A DNA stretch of 64,000 nt from an uncultured delta proteobacterium (GTDB lineage: Bacteria > Desulfobacterota > Syntrophobacteria > BM002): assembly GCA_963712115.1 (NCBI GenBank), contig CAVQGX010000018.1:32001-96000 (forward strand). Direction: 5' to 3'. Below, one piece after another: positions 1 through 10,050 of the stretch. Position 1 is the first letter of the stretch. Each line of letters opens with the position of its first letter. The notes beneath the pieces are model-generated. The model had not been told where the DNA came from. It saw only the letters and a list, made by a program, of their open reading frames with translations, and did not search any database. The position numbers were made by a program, and so were the translations under genes.

Positions 1-1469
1 AGGACATCGGTTCGTTCCCATTGCAGATCTCTCTCCTTGGCATAATAGAGCAGGTCGAGAGACATATTTCTGATACGGCTAACCATATGTTTTACAATTT
101 CCCAGCCCTCTTTCATTCGCTCCTGGTCTTCTTTCTCAAAACCAGATTCAACCCGGTACATGCCGCCGTCCAAACCTGTCAGTAGTCCCTTTATGCCGTG
201 GGAGATGGAACCTATCAACAACCCCAACGAAGACAGCTGATCCTGCAACTGGCGTATCTGAGTTATATTGGTGGACATCTCCATCACATGGGTTACCTCT
301 CCGGCAGCATTCTTGATGGGCGCGGTCCAGATTAGAACATTGTAACGTTCGCCGGTTTTGGAAGTTACCACCGTCTCTGCCTGTTGTGGTTTCCCCTCTT
401 CAAAAGTCTTCAAGATAGGACACTCGGGGCGTGGTTCACCCTCGTGGGTAAAAGCCTGGGCACAGAAAGAGCCAAACTCTTTACCAAAATCTTCGAGGAA
501 TTGCTTGTTGGCTGTCATCAGTTTGAGGTTTCTGTCCTGAACGGTTAAATAGCAGGGAGCCGCCTCAAAAAGTAACTGAAACCTCTGTTGACAGGTCATA
601 AGATCTTCCTGAAGACGACTAACCTCTGTTAGGTCGGCTGCCATCTCAAGGACCAATTCCACTTCACCGTCCCGATTTCTGATGGGAGCGGTGTGTACAA
701 TGACAGGAAGCTCAATACCCTTTAGATTTTTGACTCTCTCCCTCCTTCGCTGCCCCTGTGCAGTGCTAAGGGTTCTACCGACAGGACAGTTGTCTTTGCT
801 CCCTGCCTTCTCCGAATATATATCCCAGCTGTTGTGCCCTATCTTGTTTCCCAAACGCTCTTTGTAAAGCTGATTGGTCGCAACTACCTTATGCCCACTG
901 TTGTGGATAGAAACGAAGCAAGGCATCTCGTTGAAGTAGGTCAGTCCACTTTCGAGATCCTCCACTATGTTCCTCATGGCAGAAGACAAGCCCTCAACCA
1001 CCTGACCCACAGCAATCAGCCTCTCAGCTTCTACCAGTTTGGCTGACTTTTCTCGAACTAGATCTTCAAGGTTTTCTGTGTAATCCTTTAGCTGCCGCCT
1101 CATGGAAATTCTTTCTAGGGCTCTCTTGAGGGCTATTTCCAGAACTTCGTCTTTGATGGGTTTGGTGATGAAATCAGTTGCTTCATACTTGAGGCTCTTG
1201 ATGGCAAGGTCCATATCCCCGTGGCCGGTAACCATGATCACTTCTGTCTCTGGGTTTACCTGCTTAATTCTACGGAGCAGTTCTATGCCGTCCATAACCG
1301 GCATTCTGATATCGGTGAGAACTATGGGGGGATTGATTTCACTGAGAATTCGGAGGGCCTCCTCGCCATTTTCTGCAGTGTAGACTTCATACCCGAGGTC
1401 GGACAGAGATATGTCCAGAACTGCGCGAATATCTTCTTCATCATCTACTATTAATATTCTCTCGCCCAT
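1..1469 (-). CDS. Hybrid receiver-PAS-histidine kinase (3' end runs off the window)
   Basis: Manual minus-strand translation: MGERILIVDDEEDIRAVL receiver, PAS repeats, H-box GSISHGIKGLLTGLDGG near 170-215. Absent from the ORF track because it is truncated. Confidence 0.85.
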   Translation of the reverse strand, partial: MGERILIVDDEEDIRAVLDISLSDLGYEVYTAENGEEALRILSEINPPIVLTDIRMPVMDGIELLRRIKQVNPETEVIMVTGHGDMDLAIKSLKYEATDFITKPIKDEVLEIALKRALERISMRRQLKDYTENLEDLVREKSAKLVEAERLIAVGQVVEGLSSAMRNIVEDLESGLTYFNEMPCFVSIHNSGHKVVATNQLYKERLGNKIGHNSWDIYSEKAGSKDNCPVGRTLSTAQGQRRRERVKNLKGIELPVIVHTAPIRNRDGEVELVLEMAADLTEVSRLQEDLMTCQQRFQLLFEAAPCYLTVQDRNLKLMTANKQFLEDFGKEFGSFCAQAFTHEGEPRPECPILKTFEEGKPQQAETVVTSKTGERYNVLIWTAPIKNAAGEVTHVMEMSTNITQIRQLQDQLSSLGLLIGSISHGIKGLLTGLDGGMYRVESGFEKEDQERMKEGWEIVKHMVSRIRNMSLDLLYYAKERDLQWERTDV

Positions 1470-1558
1470 ATTTGTCCCATCCACTAGGGAAGTGGTCGAA
1501 ATATTTCCCCTTGCTGTTGGGCAGCGGCGACTCTGCTTCTGCCCTCTTAGTAAGAGGA

Positions 1559-1915
1559 TTATTCGCCTATGGTATTTCTCACTATCTTCAGCAGTTCGTC
1601 TCGATCAAAAGGCTTCTCGACAACAGCTACAGCCTTTTTTATTGCGAGGTGAGGCTTAGCCAGACCACTGATGACAATTACCGGGATATCCTTGAAATCA
1701 TCCATCTTTGTATACTTGCGGTAAAATTGAGGCCCCGTCACTTCCGGCATGTCAATATCCAGTGTTATCAAATCTGGTTTTTCCTTTTGCAACACTTCAA
1801 ACGCTTCGGGGGCGTTCACCGCGCTACAAGTTTCATAGCCATTATCGTGGAAAAAGCCTACAAGGTAGTAAACCACGTTCGGGTCATCGTCCACGACCAG
1901 GATCTTTTTCGCCAT
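1559..1915 (-). CDS. Single-domain response regulator (CheY-like)
   Basis: MAKKILVVDDD...DLITLDIDMP...EKPF; GGAGG RBS favours the start at 1915. Confidence 0.9.
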   Translation of the reverse strand: MAKKILVVDDDPNVVYYLVGFFHDNGYETCSAVNAPEAFEVLQKEKPDLITLDIDMPEVTGPQFYRKYTKMDDFKDIPVIVISGLAKPHLAIKKAVAVVEKPFDRDELLKIVRNTIGE

Positions 1916-2001
1916 AGTCCACCTCCACTGCAACTTTCAAGTTAATAGACGGCTCTGTTTTGTTTGATCAAAACGGATTACATTGACACCTGTCCTTATT
2001 A

Positions 2002-3549
2002 CTAATGGGGGATGGGAAATTCGATGATAAAACGAGCACCTTTACCGGACTTGACCTGTATGTTCCCACCGCAGTCTTTTATTATACCGTAACTTATTGA
2101 AAGACCGAGTCCTGTTCCCTTACCAATGCTTTTGGTTGTAAAGAAAGGTTCGAAAATCTTATCCAATTGATCTTTAGGGATCCCATTACCAGAATCAGCA
2201 ACCTCAACAGTCACCTTATCTCCGTCGCTGCTCGTCCTGAGCGTGATCTTTTCGAAGCCTTTCTTAATTAATGCTGTCGACAGTTTCTCTTCGATGGCAT
2301 CCCTGGCGTTCAATAAAAGGTTGATGAAAACCTGTTCCAAGCGAGCTGGGTCTGCCTTTATTGCGGGTATTCCTTCCGCAAGCTGCCAGACAACCTCTAT
2401 TCCCCTCACTTTCAACTGCTGACTCAAGAGTTCGTGGGCCCTTGTTAATAGATCGTTAACCTGGACCTTTTCAAGACTCACCTCGGTTTTTCGACCGAAT
2501 TCTCTCAGGTGATTTATAATTTTGGTGGCACGGTCGACGTTAGCAGTAATCTTCTCTGCCATAAGTTGCAGATGTTCATCCTCGATCTTTTCTTCCTTTT
2601 TGAGTTTTCTCAACAAAAAGCTGCTTGCGCTTTCCATGACAGCAAGAGGCTGATTCAGTTCGTGGGCAATACCGGTTGCCATTTCGCCCAAAGTTGCCAT
2701 TTTACTTGCCTGCAACAACTGCTGTTCGGTTTCCAGCCGCTTTGTTATATCGCTAGTGGTGACAAGCAGCACCCTTTGGCCGTTATACTCTGACGGTGAG
2801 ATCCTGATATTGACGTAAAGTGTCCCGCCATCTTGAGTTTTATGTTTCGCCTGGCCCAGAAATGTGGAAGTCCTCAGTTTTAGAGCGTAGTAGTCTATGT
2901 CCTCTTCACTAAACAAATCTAGAAATGACCTTTTAGTCACATAATCTTTGCTGCAGCCGTAGACTTTTTCCACGCTTTCGTTGCAATCAAGGATAGCTAG
3001 GGTGTCTATATCAAGCACAAAGACTGGATTCGGAATGTTGTTGAAAATAGAGTAGTACTTCATTTCCGATATTCTGAGTTTCTCTTCGAGTTCCTTTCTG
3101 TGAGTAATATCGAGATTCATCTCCATAACGGCGACTATCTCACCTTCAGAGTTCTTGATGGCGCAGGTTTTCACCACCCAATGCCTTCTGACTCCATCCT
3201 TGTCGGGACCCGACTCCTCACTCCAATGAGACTTTCCGTCTTCAAAGGTTTTTTCCACAGGACAGACTGGACATTTTTCACCGAGTCCCTTGTAGGCTTG
3301 ATAGCAGTAATCTCCAGGCTTTGGATCAAATTTGTCAGCGAATTCGCGGTTGTACCTGACAAGTCTGTAATTTCGGTCTTGGACTGTAATTATACAAGGC
3401 ACCAGATCGAACAACATCTGGTACTCATCCACACGTTTGTCCAGTTCGGCTTTTGTTAAAGTCAACTCCTCATCCCTCTCGCTGTCCGCGAGGGGCGGTT
3501 GACCAGTTCCTGGGTGTTGGTCATCCTTACCCATAGTTAGTATCTCCAT
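2002..3549 (-). CDS. PAS-domain sensor histidine kinase (NtrB-like)
   Basis: Two PAS domains, H-box AHELNQP, N-box NLLLNARDA, FEPFFTTK, GTGLGL. Confidence 0.93.
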   Translation of the reverse strand: MEILTMGKDDQHPGTGQPPLADSERDEELTLTKAELDKRVDEYQMLFDLVPCIITVQDRNYRLVRYNREFADKFDPKPGDYCYQAYKGLGEKCPVCPVEKTFEDGKSHWSEESGPDKDGVRRHWVVKTCAIKNSEGEIVAVMEMNLDITHRKELEEKLRISEMKYYSIFNNIPNPVFVLDIDTLAILDCNESVEKVYGCSKDYVTKRSFLDLFSEEDIDYYALKLRTSTFLGQAKHKTQDGGTLYVNIRISPSEYNGQRVLLVTTSDITKRLETEQQLLQASKMATLGEMATGIAHELNQPLAVMESASSFLLRKLKKEEKIEDEHLQLMAEKITANVDRATKIINHLREFGRKTEVSLEKVQVNDLLTRAHELLSQQLKVRGIEVVWQLAEGIPAIKADPARLEQVFINLLLNARDAIEEKLSTALIKKGFEKITLRTSSDGDKVTVEVADSGNGIPKDQLDKIFEPFFTTKSIGKGTGLGLSISYGIIKDCGGNIQVKSGKGARFIIEFPIPH

Positions 3550-3829
3550 TCAAACCAAAGCGAATTTGAATAATTGCCACCAGACATAGACAAAATCAAA
3601 CTCTCACCTTCGGTGATCTCGGAGGGGAGGTCGTTCTCTGTAATATTGCAATCCTAGTCAAAAGGTCGGCTTTTTAAGATCCAAGAAAAAAGCGATTCTG
3701 TCAAGGTCAATTTTCCCCTGTGTGTGGGGCAGTTGATCTCCATACGGCCGAATACCTGCCCCGTACCCAACGTGGAGCGGGATATTCGACAAAGGGAGAG
3801 GACTTTTCGAGTTGCTTGAAGCAAACTAA

Positions 3830-4051
3830 TTAGTCTTTTTGAGGCCATTCATGGATTTCGCGCTCTTCTACAAAATAGCAGAATCGGCTCCAGTCAAACT
3901 CACGCAAGGACACGGGGCACTTGAGTTTGACTTTGTGGTCGCTGATACCTATCACTTCCCAATCTCCGCGGCGCGGACCCTCCTCTATGTGGATCTTTTG
4001 CCCTACCTGAAAAGGGTAGGGCCGAAACATTGCAACTTTATAGACTGCCAT
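3830..4051 (-). CDS. Small hypothetical protein
   Basis: 73-aa ORF with AAGGAG RBS and natural composition. Confidence 0.7.
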   Translation of the reverse strand: MAVYKVAMFRPYPFQVGQKIHIEEGPRRGDWEVIGISDHKVKLKCPVSLREFDWSRFCYFVEEREIHEWPQKD

Positions 4052-4180
4052 CTTTTCTCCTTCTTATGGTGAGATCAAATTTGTCTGCTAATCGTAATTG
4101 ATATAGCTATGGCGGACAACCCACGATCCTGCCCTATCTTGAACTTTTAATCGCTGCCAATTAAGCTTTCTATTATATTA

Positions 4181-5398
4181 ATGCGATTTATCTGGAGGGA
4201 CCGGCGGATGAAAACAAAAGAGAGGTGGTCATATTCCGGGGAGGAAATGGTCAAGGCCCGTTTTGTCTCGAGACCAAACCGTTTTTTGGTGCAGTGCGAG
4301 GCGGAACATCACAATAGAATCAGAGCCTTCCTGCCAAATCCCGGCCGGCTTTGGGAACTCCTCTTGCCTGGCGCCACCCTTTATTTGCGGCGGGATGAAG
4401 GGATTGATGGGAGGCTCAGTACACGCAAAACCCAGCATACAGTCCTTGCCGTGGAGCGTGATGGACGGCCGATCTTTCTTCACACCCACGAGACAAATTC
4501 CGTAGCCCAATATCTTCTGGAAAATGCGCTGATTCCACCTCTGGAAGGATCAAGTATCGTTCAAGCCGAAGTACCAGTGGGGAGGAGCCGTTTTGATTTT
4601 CTTCTCAGTCACAAGGGCAAAGAACTCTATTTGGAAGTGAAATCCTGCACCCTTTTCGGAAACGGGGTGGCAATGTTCCCAGACGCGGTGACGGCCCGGG
4701 GGAAGAGACATATTCTGGAACTTGCAGAGATGAGTCGGAAGGGGATAAGAGTTTCAGTTTTGTTTATTGTGCATCATCCGAATGTTCAATGGTTCATGCC
4801 GGATTATCACACAGATCTCGATTTCAGCACTGCTATGCTTCAGTGTCAAGGAGATGTCCAATTTATACCAGCAGCCATCGGCTGGAACAAAGACCTGTCG
4901 CTGGATATTAGCCAAACGAAGATTTTAAAAATTCCGTGGAACTATTTGAAAAGGGAGGTCAAAGACAGGGGAAGCTATCTACTAATCGTAAAACTGGCAA
5001 AGAGAACTGCAATAAAGGCAGGCTGCTTGCCTGAAAGTTTTTTTCCAGCCGGATACTATGTCTATGTGGGATCGGCTATGAGCGGGCTCTCATCCCGCCT
5101 GGCAAGACACCGTCGCAAGAACAAGAAGATTCATTGGCACATCGACTATCTCACCGCCGAAGCCGGTCATGTTCTGCCCGTTCCGATCCGCTCGTCTAAG
5201 AGACAGGAGTGCGAAATCGCCGGAGCCTTGTCCTCGATTAGGCAAGCTGGTCAGACAGGATTTGGATCATCAGACTGTGAGTGCGTAACTCACCTTTTCT
5301 TCAGCCCAACTAATCCTCTCGAAAGCGAAGATTTTCATCAGTTACTGCAAAACTTCCGAATGAGAGCGCCTTCGGGTCGCACAGCGCAAAGAGCATAG
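4181..5398 (+). CDS. sfsA: SfsA DNA/RNA nuclease fused to a DUF123/GIY-YIG-like domain
   Basis: RPNRF, PNPGRL, RFDF, EVKSCTL, FPDAVTARG.RH; C-terminal GYYVYVGSA, RLARH, HWHIDYL, GFGSSDC.C.THL. Confidence 0.9.
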   Translation: MRFIWRDRRMKTKERWSYSGEEMVKARFVSRPNRFLVQCEAEHHNRIRAFLPNPGRLWELLLPGATLYLRRDEGIDGRLSTRKTQHTVLAVERDGRPIFLHTHETNSVAQYLLENALIPPLEGSSIVQAEVPVGRSRFDFLLSHKGKELYLEVKSCTLFGNGVAMFPDAVTARGKRHILELAEMSRKGIRVSVLFIVHHPNVQWFMPDYHTDLDFSTAMLQCQGDVQFIPAAIGWNKDLSLDISQTKILKIPWNYLKREVKDRGSYLLIVKLAKRTAIKAGCLPESFFPAGYYVYVGSAMSGLSSRLARHRRKNKKIHWHIDYLTAEAGHVLPVPIRSSKRQECEIAGALSSIRQAGQTGFGSSDCECVTHLFFSPTNPLESEDFHQLLQNFRMRAPSGRTAQRA

Positions 5399-5472
5399 CG
5401 CGAAGCGTTTTAACGTCATTTGCTCCGATTCACTTGCTTTTATTTTCTGTTGACCTCTTAAAGTTAACTTGG

Positions 5473-5766
5473 CTAGGGCAAATTCTTCACGATTTCTGCA
5501 AATTCCTCTTTTGTAAAAGCTTTGAGTGTTTTTGTTCTGATGTTCCCTTGGGCACCTAAAGCTAGAGTAGTTGTAAGCACAAACTCATCATTGGGAGCTT
5601 CACAAATCGCTACATAGTCATACTCCCCAAGGACTGTGTAAAAGCCAAGAACCTTTCCTCCCATCTCTTCAAAGCCCTTGATTGCCTCTTCGATCCTCTT
5701 GGGCGCCTCTCTGATATCTCTTATTCCTTGATCAGTGAGACTGTACAAACCAATATAAGTTGGCAT
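5473..5766 (-). CDS. GYD-domain protein
   Basis: TDQGI...GG..GEYD...GNIRTKTL family pattern. Confidence 0.85.
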   Translation of the reverse strand: MPTYIGLYSLTDQGIRDIREAPKRIEEAIKGFEEMGGKVLGFYTVLGEYDYVAICEAPNDEFVLTTTLALGAQGNIRTKTLKAFTKEEFAEIVKNLP

Positions 5767-6072
5767 AGGTCAACCTCCCTTATATGTTTGATTGTGGAAT
5801 GCCTTTTAGTCTCTATGTAAAATCCCCCAAGGAGTTAGCAAACCCCTCAGAGGCCTCATATGGGCACTTTCTGGAGACTCCACCACATGACTCACTCCAG
5901 AGTACTGAGAAATATTGCAGCGATGAGTGATATCCAGACCTAATTGAGAACTGTAGGACTGCTACAAGTTATGCTCTTCAGAGGATGAATCAAAGCAGGG
6001 GGTTTCGCTAATTTCAGAATAGGCTGAGAGGTCGTTCCGTGTAAATACGAAAAACCACCATTTTGAACCAAC

Positions 6073-6096
6073 AAAAAAGCGGAGCCGAAGCTCCCC
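6073..6096 (-). terminator. Intrinsic terminator
   Basis: Minus strand GGAGC-TTCG-GCTCC followed by GCTTTTTT, downstream of the 6167-9048 gene run. Confidence 0.65.
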
Positions 6097-6166
6097 AGGG
6101 TCTTTGGAAAGTGAATAGTGGAAGACAGCACTAGTAAACAAACTATAGGCAGTTACTCATCGTCAT

Positions 6167-6790
6167 TTATCTTAACCAGGTTAAAATCGACATTAGTAGA
6201 CTGAGTCCTAAGATAGCCAATATCATAGCCCATTCTCTCTTAAAGGCCTCCCGGATAAGGAAGGTATGAGCAGACCTATTGGGGTATGGCCTAATCGATG
6301 GAATCCACCTTGGAACTGTTGATATATATGTAACATATGCCTCTCCATACCTGCGAGCGAGCTTATCTTCTTCCCACAATATGGTTGGCTGATATGATAA
6401 AAAGAACAAAGCAACATAAATAGGTATAAACAAAAGAAGTCCACCCATAATTACAATTCCGAGCCCTATAAAGAAGGTACCCAAATAAGAGGGATTTCTT
6501 AAGTAAGCATAGGGCCCGGCAGTTACCGGTATTTTGAGGTGGCGATTGCTTTCTCTCACTCCCACGCTCCATATCCTTATTGTTTGCCCCAAAACTATGA
6601 GGGGGAAGGATATCTGCCAGTTGAGCAGACTAAATGTCCGATTATGATGGTAGCAAATCACTAAAATTAACAGGACGAAAATCACTAATAAACGATTTCT
6701 GTTCTTATATGACCATTTTCCAAGTCGCAGCATCAGACTCTCTCTGTCAAGTCTTCCTGCATGCTCGTACGTATTCTCTGTTTTTTTCAA
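6167..6790 (-). CDS. Isoprenylcysteine carboxyl methyltransferase (ICMT/PEMT) family membrane protein
   Basis: GPYAYLRNPSYLG, EE..L...YG..Y..Y...VPRWIP. Confidence 0.88.
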   Translation of the reverse strand: MKKTENTYEHAGRLDRESLMLRLGKWSYKNRNRLLVIFVLLILVICYHHNRTFSLLNWQISFPLIVLGQTIRIWSVGVRESNRHLKIPVTAGPYAYLRNPSYLGTFFIGLGIVIMGGLLLFIPIYVALFFLSYQPTILWEEDKLARRYGEAYVTYISTVPRWIPSIRPYPNRSAHTFLIREAFKREWAMILAILGLSLLMSILTWLR

Positions 6791-6802
6791 CTCTTTAACC
6801 TT

Positions 6803-7225
6803 TTATTCTTCGCCCCGCGACATCTTGGCTGGTTCTTTGAGTCCTCGCATGGAGAAGTAGACATCGCTGCCCTGTATGAATATCCTGACCCCATAGTCGC
6901 CCGATATTTCTTGCCCTTTGATAGTCCAGTTTTTCCATCCCTTTATCTTTTTTTGGCCACTGTGCCATGAGCGATAAAAATAAAGACCATATTTGTCATC
7001 GTATTTTATCAACTTATACTTAACATAGTTCTTGTCGAGATCTATTATATCCTCTGCTCTGCTAAAGCGACCCTCCCGTGTTCCCATCAACAAGGGGTCT
7101 GGTTCATGGATTACATTGCAAAAGGCATCTGGTTTTACCTCAGGATTATCAAATGGTGTGTTTCCCTTGATCGAACATCCAACGAAAATAAGCAGGAACA
7201 CCAGGCAAATAATAAGTCTTCTCAT
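6803..7225 (-). CDS. Hypothetical lipoprotein
   Basis: Signal peptide with lipobox FVGC. Confidence 0.7.
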   Translation of the reverse strand: MRRLIICLVFLLIFVGCSIKGNTPFDNPEVKPDAFCNVIHEPDPLLMGTREGRFSRAEDIIDLDKNYVKYKLIKYDDKYGLYFYRSWHSGQKKIKGWKNWTIKGQEISGDYGVRIFIQGSDVYFSMRGLKEPAKMSRGEE

Positions 7226-7297
7226 ACCAATCTCCTCTTTTTGCTTTGCACCTTTTTAATACTTTCATGATATGAACCGAAATTGTGGGCGATAGAA

Positions 7298-8026
7298 TTA
7301 AATTTGCCCTGTTCCCCGCGAATCGCTATCGGATCGACTAGTTTCGTCTTTGTATTCTTTATATGCTTGGCAGCCTTTCTTGTAACCCAAACTACAGGAA
7401 GTTTTGGTATCTTTTAAAGCTTTTTGTGGATCACCCTTCTGGAAATAACAACGCCCCCGGGTATAGTATGCCCAACCGTCATTAGGTTTCAGCTCAAGTG
7501 ATTTGGACAGATAATTAATGCTTTCGTCATATTCTTCAAGTTGCATATGAAGCCAGCCCAAATTATCGTAAGCTTCAGCATAATCTGGTTTGAGTTTAAT
7601 TACCATTTGAAAGTCAACTGTAGCTTCCCTGTAGCGTTTCACTTTAATATATACACGTCCTCGCCAAAAATATGCTCGGTAGTTATTAGGATCTAGTTCT
7701 ATTGCTTTGTCAAACTCCTGCAGAGCCTTCCGGTATATTTTCTTCCTGTATAGACTATGCCCGGTTCTGAGATGTTTTCTAATCTCTTTTTCTTTTCTGC
7801 TTGGTGACCATGTACTCTCCTTGCCTTCTATTAACCGCTTCCCCTCGTGCCAAAAGTCGCCAATCCACTTGGAAACTGTCTTGAAGGAGTTGTCAAAAGT
7901 ATCTTTCTTTGTTGTCCGTATAAGATAAATAGCTGACACAATAAGTAGTAATAAAACAACAGTGAAGACTCCAATGGCAAGGTAGTCTTTTGAATTCTCT
8001 TTACTGTGGCTATTTTGTTTATTCAT
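7298..8026 (-). CDS. Membrane-anchored TPR protein
   Basis: N-terminal TM helix and four TPR motifs (AYFWRG, AYDNLG, AYYTRG). Confidence 0.88.
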   Translation of the reverse strand: MNKQNSHSKENSKDYLAIGVFTVVLLLLIVSAIYLIRTTKKDTFDNSFKTVSKWIGDFWHEGKRLIEGKESTWSPSRKEKEIRKHLRTGHSLYRKKIYRKALQEFDKAIELDPNNYRAYFWRGRVYIKVKRYREATVDFQMVIKLKPDYAEAYDNLGWLHMQLEEYDESINYLSKSLELKPNDGWAYYTRGRCYFQKGDPQKALKDTKTSCSLGYKKGCQAYKEYKDETSRSDSDSRGTGQI

Positions 8027-9048
8027 ATTTCGAGGTAACTCCTTGCCAGCTCCAACACAAGCGCTGTTTCCCCTGGGGGCTTACTGGTTTTTTCCGACTC
8101 TCCTTTCGAATCATGGGCCGGACTTTTTGAATGCCATGGAACGACTGTCACCTTTGCCCCCTGTGGTCCCCAAATTCGAGGGTCGGTGGGACCGAACAGG
8201 GCAATGGTTGGCGTGTTGCAGGCAGCTGCCAAATGGGTAATACCGGAGTCGTTCCCCAGATAAAGAGAACTGTGCTTCATTAAAGCGGCCAGTTTTCCCA
8301 ACCGCCAATTATTTGCCAGTAGAAGTGAGGTCGATCCCACCTCAGAGCATAATTGCTGGACGATATGTCTGTCAGCAGGTCCCTCAATTAAAGAAATCTT
8401 AATCTTATTGTTACTTGATATTCTCATTATAACATCAAGCCAACCAGTGACTGACCACAGCTTCTTTCTTCCACCGCTGCCGGGATGCAACAAAACCAGC
8501 TGGTTTCCCGCCGTCACATTGTCCTGAACAAATCTGCGGGCCTCGAGAAAATCTTCCTGGGAAGGTGCAATAACTGGAGCGGGGCAGGGGAGGGAGGGAA
8601 TGCCTAGCTCTTCCAGTTGGCGGCATTGGTAATCAGAAACATGCAGGCCGAGATCCGGCTCTGGAAAAGGATCAATGCGGTATGAGGGTTTTTCATATAT
8701 CCTGGCAAGATTGTCAACAAGCGTCTGGCTGGAAGAACGGCAGAAGGCGAAAATAGAGTCTACCGGGGGCAATGAAGCAAATACTCCTGTCTCCAACTTT
8801 CCCTTCGAGTTGTAGAGGGGAGCCCAGCGCTTCTCCGCACAGTTGAGCACAACGTCGAAGTAGGGGCGAGAATGAATGATCTCTAAAATAGAGGGATTGC
8901 CTAGGAAGATGAAGCGAGTTTTAGAGTAAAAACGATGAATAGCCTCAAGCGGGGGCAGGCTTAAGATAAAGTCGCCGATAGCACCCTGGTGGACGATAAG
9001 AGTAGACTTCACGATTTCCCGGTTAGACCGGTCTGTAGGCAGAATCAA
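8023..9048 (-). CDS. Glycosyltransferase family 9 (heptosyltransferase-like)
   Basis: GAIGDFIL, HPGSG, GNDSGITHLAAA, LFGPTDP. Confidence 0.92.
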   Translation of the reverse strand: MILPTDRSNREIVKSTLIVHQGAIGDFILSLPPLEAIHRFYSKTRFIFLGNPSILEIIHSRPYFDVVLNCAEKRWAPLYNSKGKLETGVFASLPPVDSIFAFCRSSSQTLVDNLARIYEKPSYRIDPFPEPDLGLHVSDYQCRQLEELGIPSLPCPAPVIAPSQEDFLEARRFVQDNVTAGNQLVLLHPGSGGRKKLWSVTGWLDVIMRISSNNKIKISLIEGPADRHIVQQLCSEVGSTSLLLANNWRLGKLAALMKHSSLYLGNDSGITHLAAACNTPTIALFGPTDPRIWGPQGAKVTVVPWHSKSPAHDSKGESEKTSKPPGETALVLELARSYLEI

Positions 9049-9070
9049 AAACCGGTGGCTTTTATTGGAA

Positions 9071-9150
9071 AGGTTTCAGTGTTCAGGTTTCAGATTTTAC
9101 CCTTGATTTTTCTTTTTGCTGACACCTGAAACCTGACACCTGAAACCCTG
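9071..9150. repeat. Inverted heptamer-array element (TCAGGTT arm / CTGACAC-CTGAAAC arm)
   Basis: ggtttcagtgttcaggtttcag...ctgacacctgaaacctgacacctgaaaccctg; a second copy lies at ~19093-19148. Confidence 0.8.
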
Positions 9151-9276
9151 AGATTTGGTGTTTGGAATTTGATATTTTGCAATTCTCCACTACTCCAATA
9201 CTCCATTGCTCCAATAAGTAATTTCTTTGCTCAGTATGCTACACTCGCTCTGAATTTATGAAGGCTACAAGAAACT

Positions 9277-9570
9277 TTACTTGCATCCACCCTTCTGCGC
9301 ATTCCGCTTTCTTTCCGACCACCGTAGAATAGCTCCCACGATGCCGCCCGGTTCTTCAGGTTTTTCAGATTCAGATCGACTGTCAGATTTGAGCTTCTCC
9401 ACACCACCGCTAGCGGCAATAGCTGTTTGCAGACAGTCGCGCAAGTGGTCACAGAAGCGGCAGTTCTCCTGAGGCTGAATGATGCCGTTTTCATCCCTGG
9501 GCATGCAAGATTCAGGAATGCCAAAGCAAGAAGGCCTGTCGTCAACCATAAATTCTACCCAGAAGACCAA
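9277..9570 (-). CDS. Small Cys-rich hypothetical protein
   Basis: PSCFG...C..C....DCL; downstream of khpA; start may be the internal Met (MVDDRPSC). Confidence 0.6.
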   Translation of the reverse strand: MVFWVEFMVDDRPSCFGIPESCMPRDENGIIQPQENCRFCDHLRDCLQTAIAASGGVEKLKSDSRSESEKPEEPGGIVGAILRWSERKRNAQKGGCK

Positions 9571-9600
9571 AGAGCTGCGAGCTCGACAAAGTTGAATGGC

Positions 9601-9843
9601 TCAGAGCCCCTCTTCTTCAATGATCTCAAGAACTACACGCTTTTTGAGCTTAGCAGAGGCAGCGTTGAGGATTGTGCGCATAGCCTGGGCATTACGCCCT
9701 CGTTTGCCAATTACCTTGCCGAGGTCCTCTTTGGCTGTTCTCAGTTCGATTACTGAGGCATGTTCTCCTGCGACCTCGCTCACTCTCACCTGATCAGGAT
9801 GTTCAACCAGCGCCTTCGCCATAATTTCAATTAACTCTCTCAC
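9601..9843 (-). CDS. khpA: KH-domain RNA-binding protein KhpA
   Basis: [10 protein letters not shown]...[20 protein letters not shown]. Confidence 0.93.
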   Translation of the reverse strand: MRELIEIMAKALVEHPDQVRVSEVAGEHASVIELRTAKEDLGKVIGKRGRNAQAMRTILNAASAKLKKRVVLEIIEEEGL

Positions 9844-10050
9844 TGTCGCACCTCCATTGTCAACTGTGACAACGTCCGATATAAGATCATGCGGGAAAAT
9901 TGGAGTCGAGGATTTTTAGCGCAGATGATCGCTTCGACAAAATATATTCAGCCAATTGCTGCTGAGTCAAGCCTTTTTGCTATATGGGTTCGCTTCCGAG
10001 ATTTGCAGGACAAACGGCGGAAAGGGATTATTATCTTTTGGGACGGGGCC

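Noticed and set aside
3726-3762. ggggcag...ctgcccc hairpin as an ncRNA
   Set aside because: Single 7-bp stem with no second copy or recognisable family motif
5473-8026. AT-richer block as a defence or mobile island
   Set aside because: Genes are ordinary membrane/TPR types, with no boundary repeats or mobility gene seen
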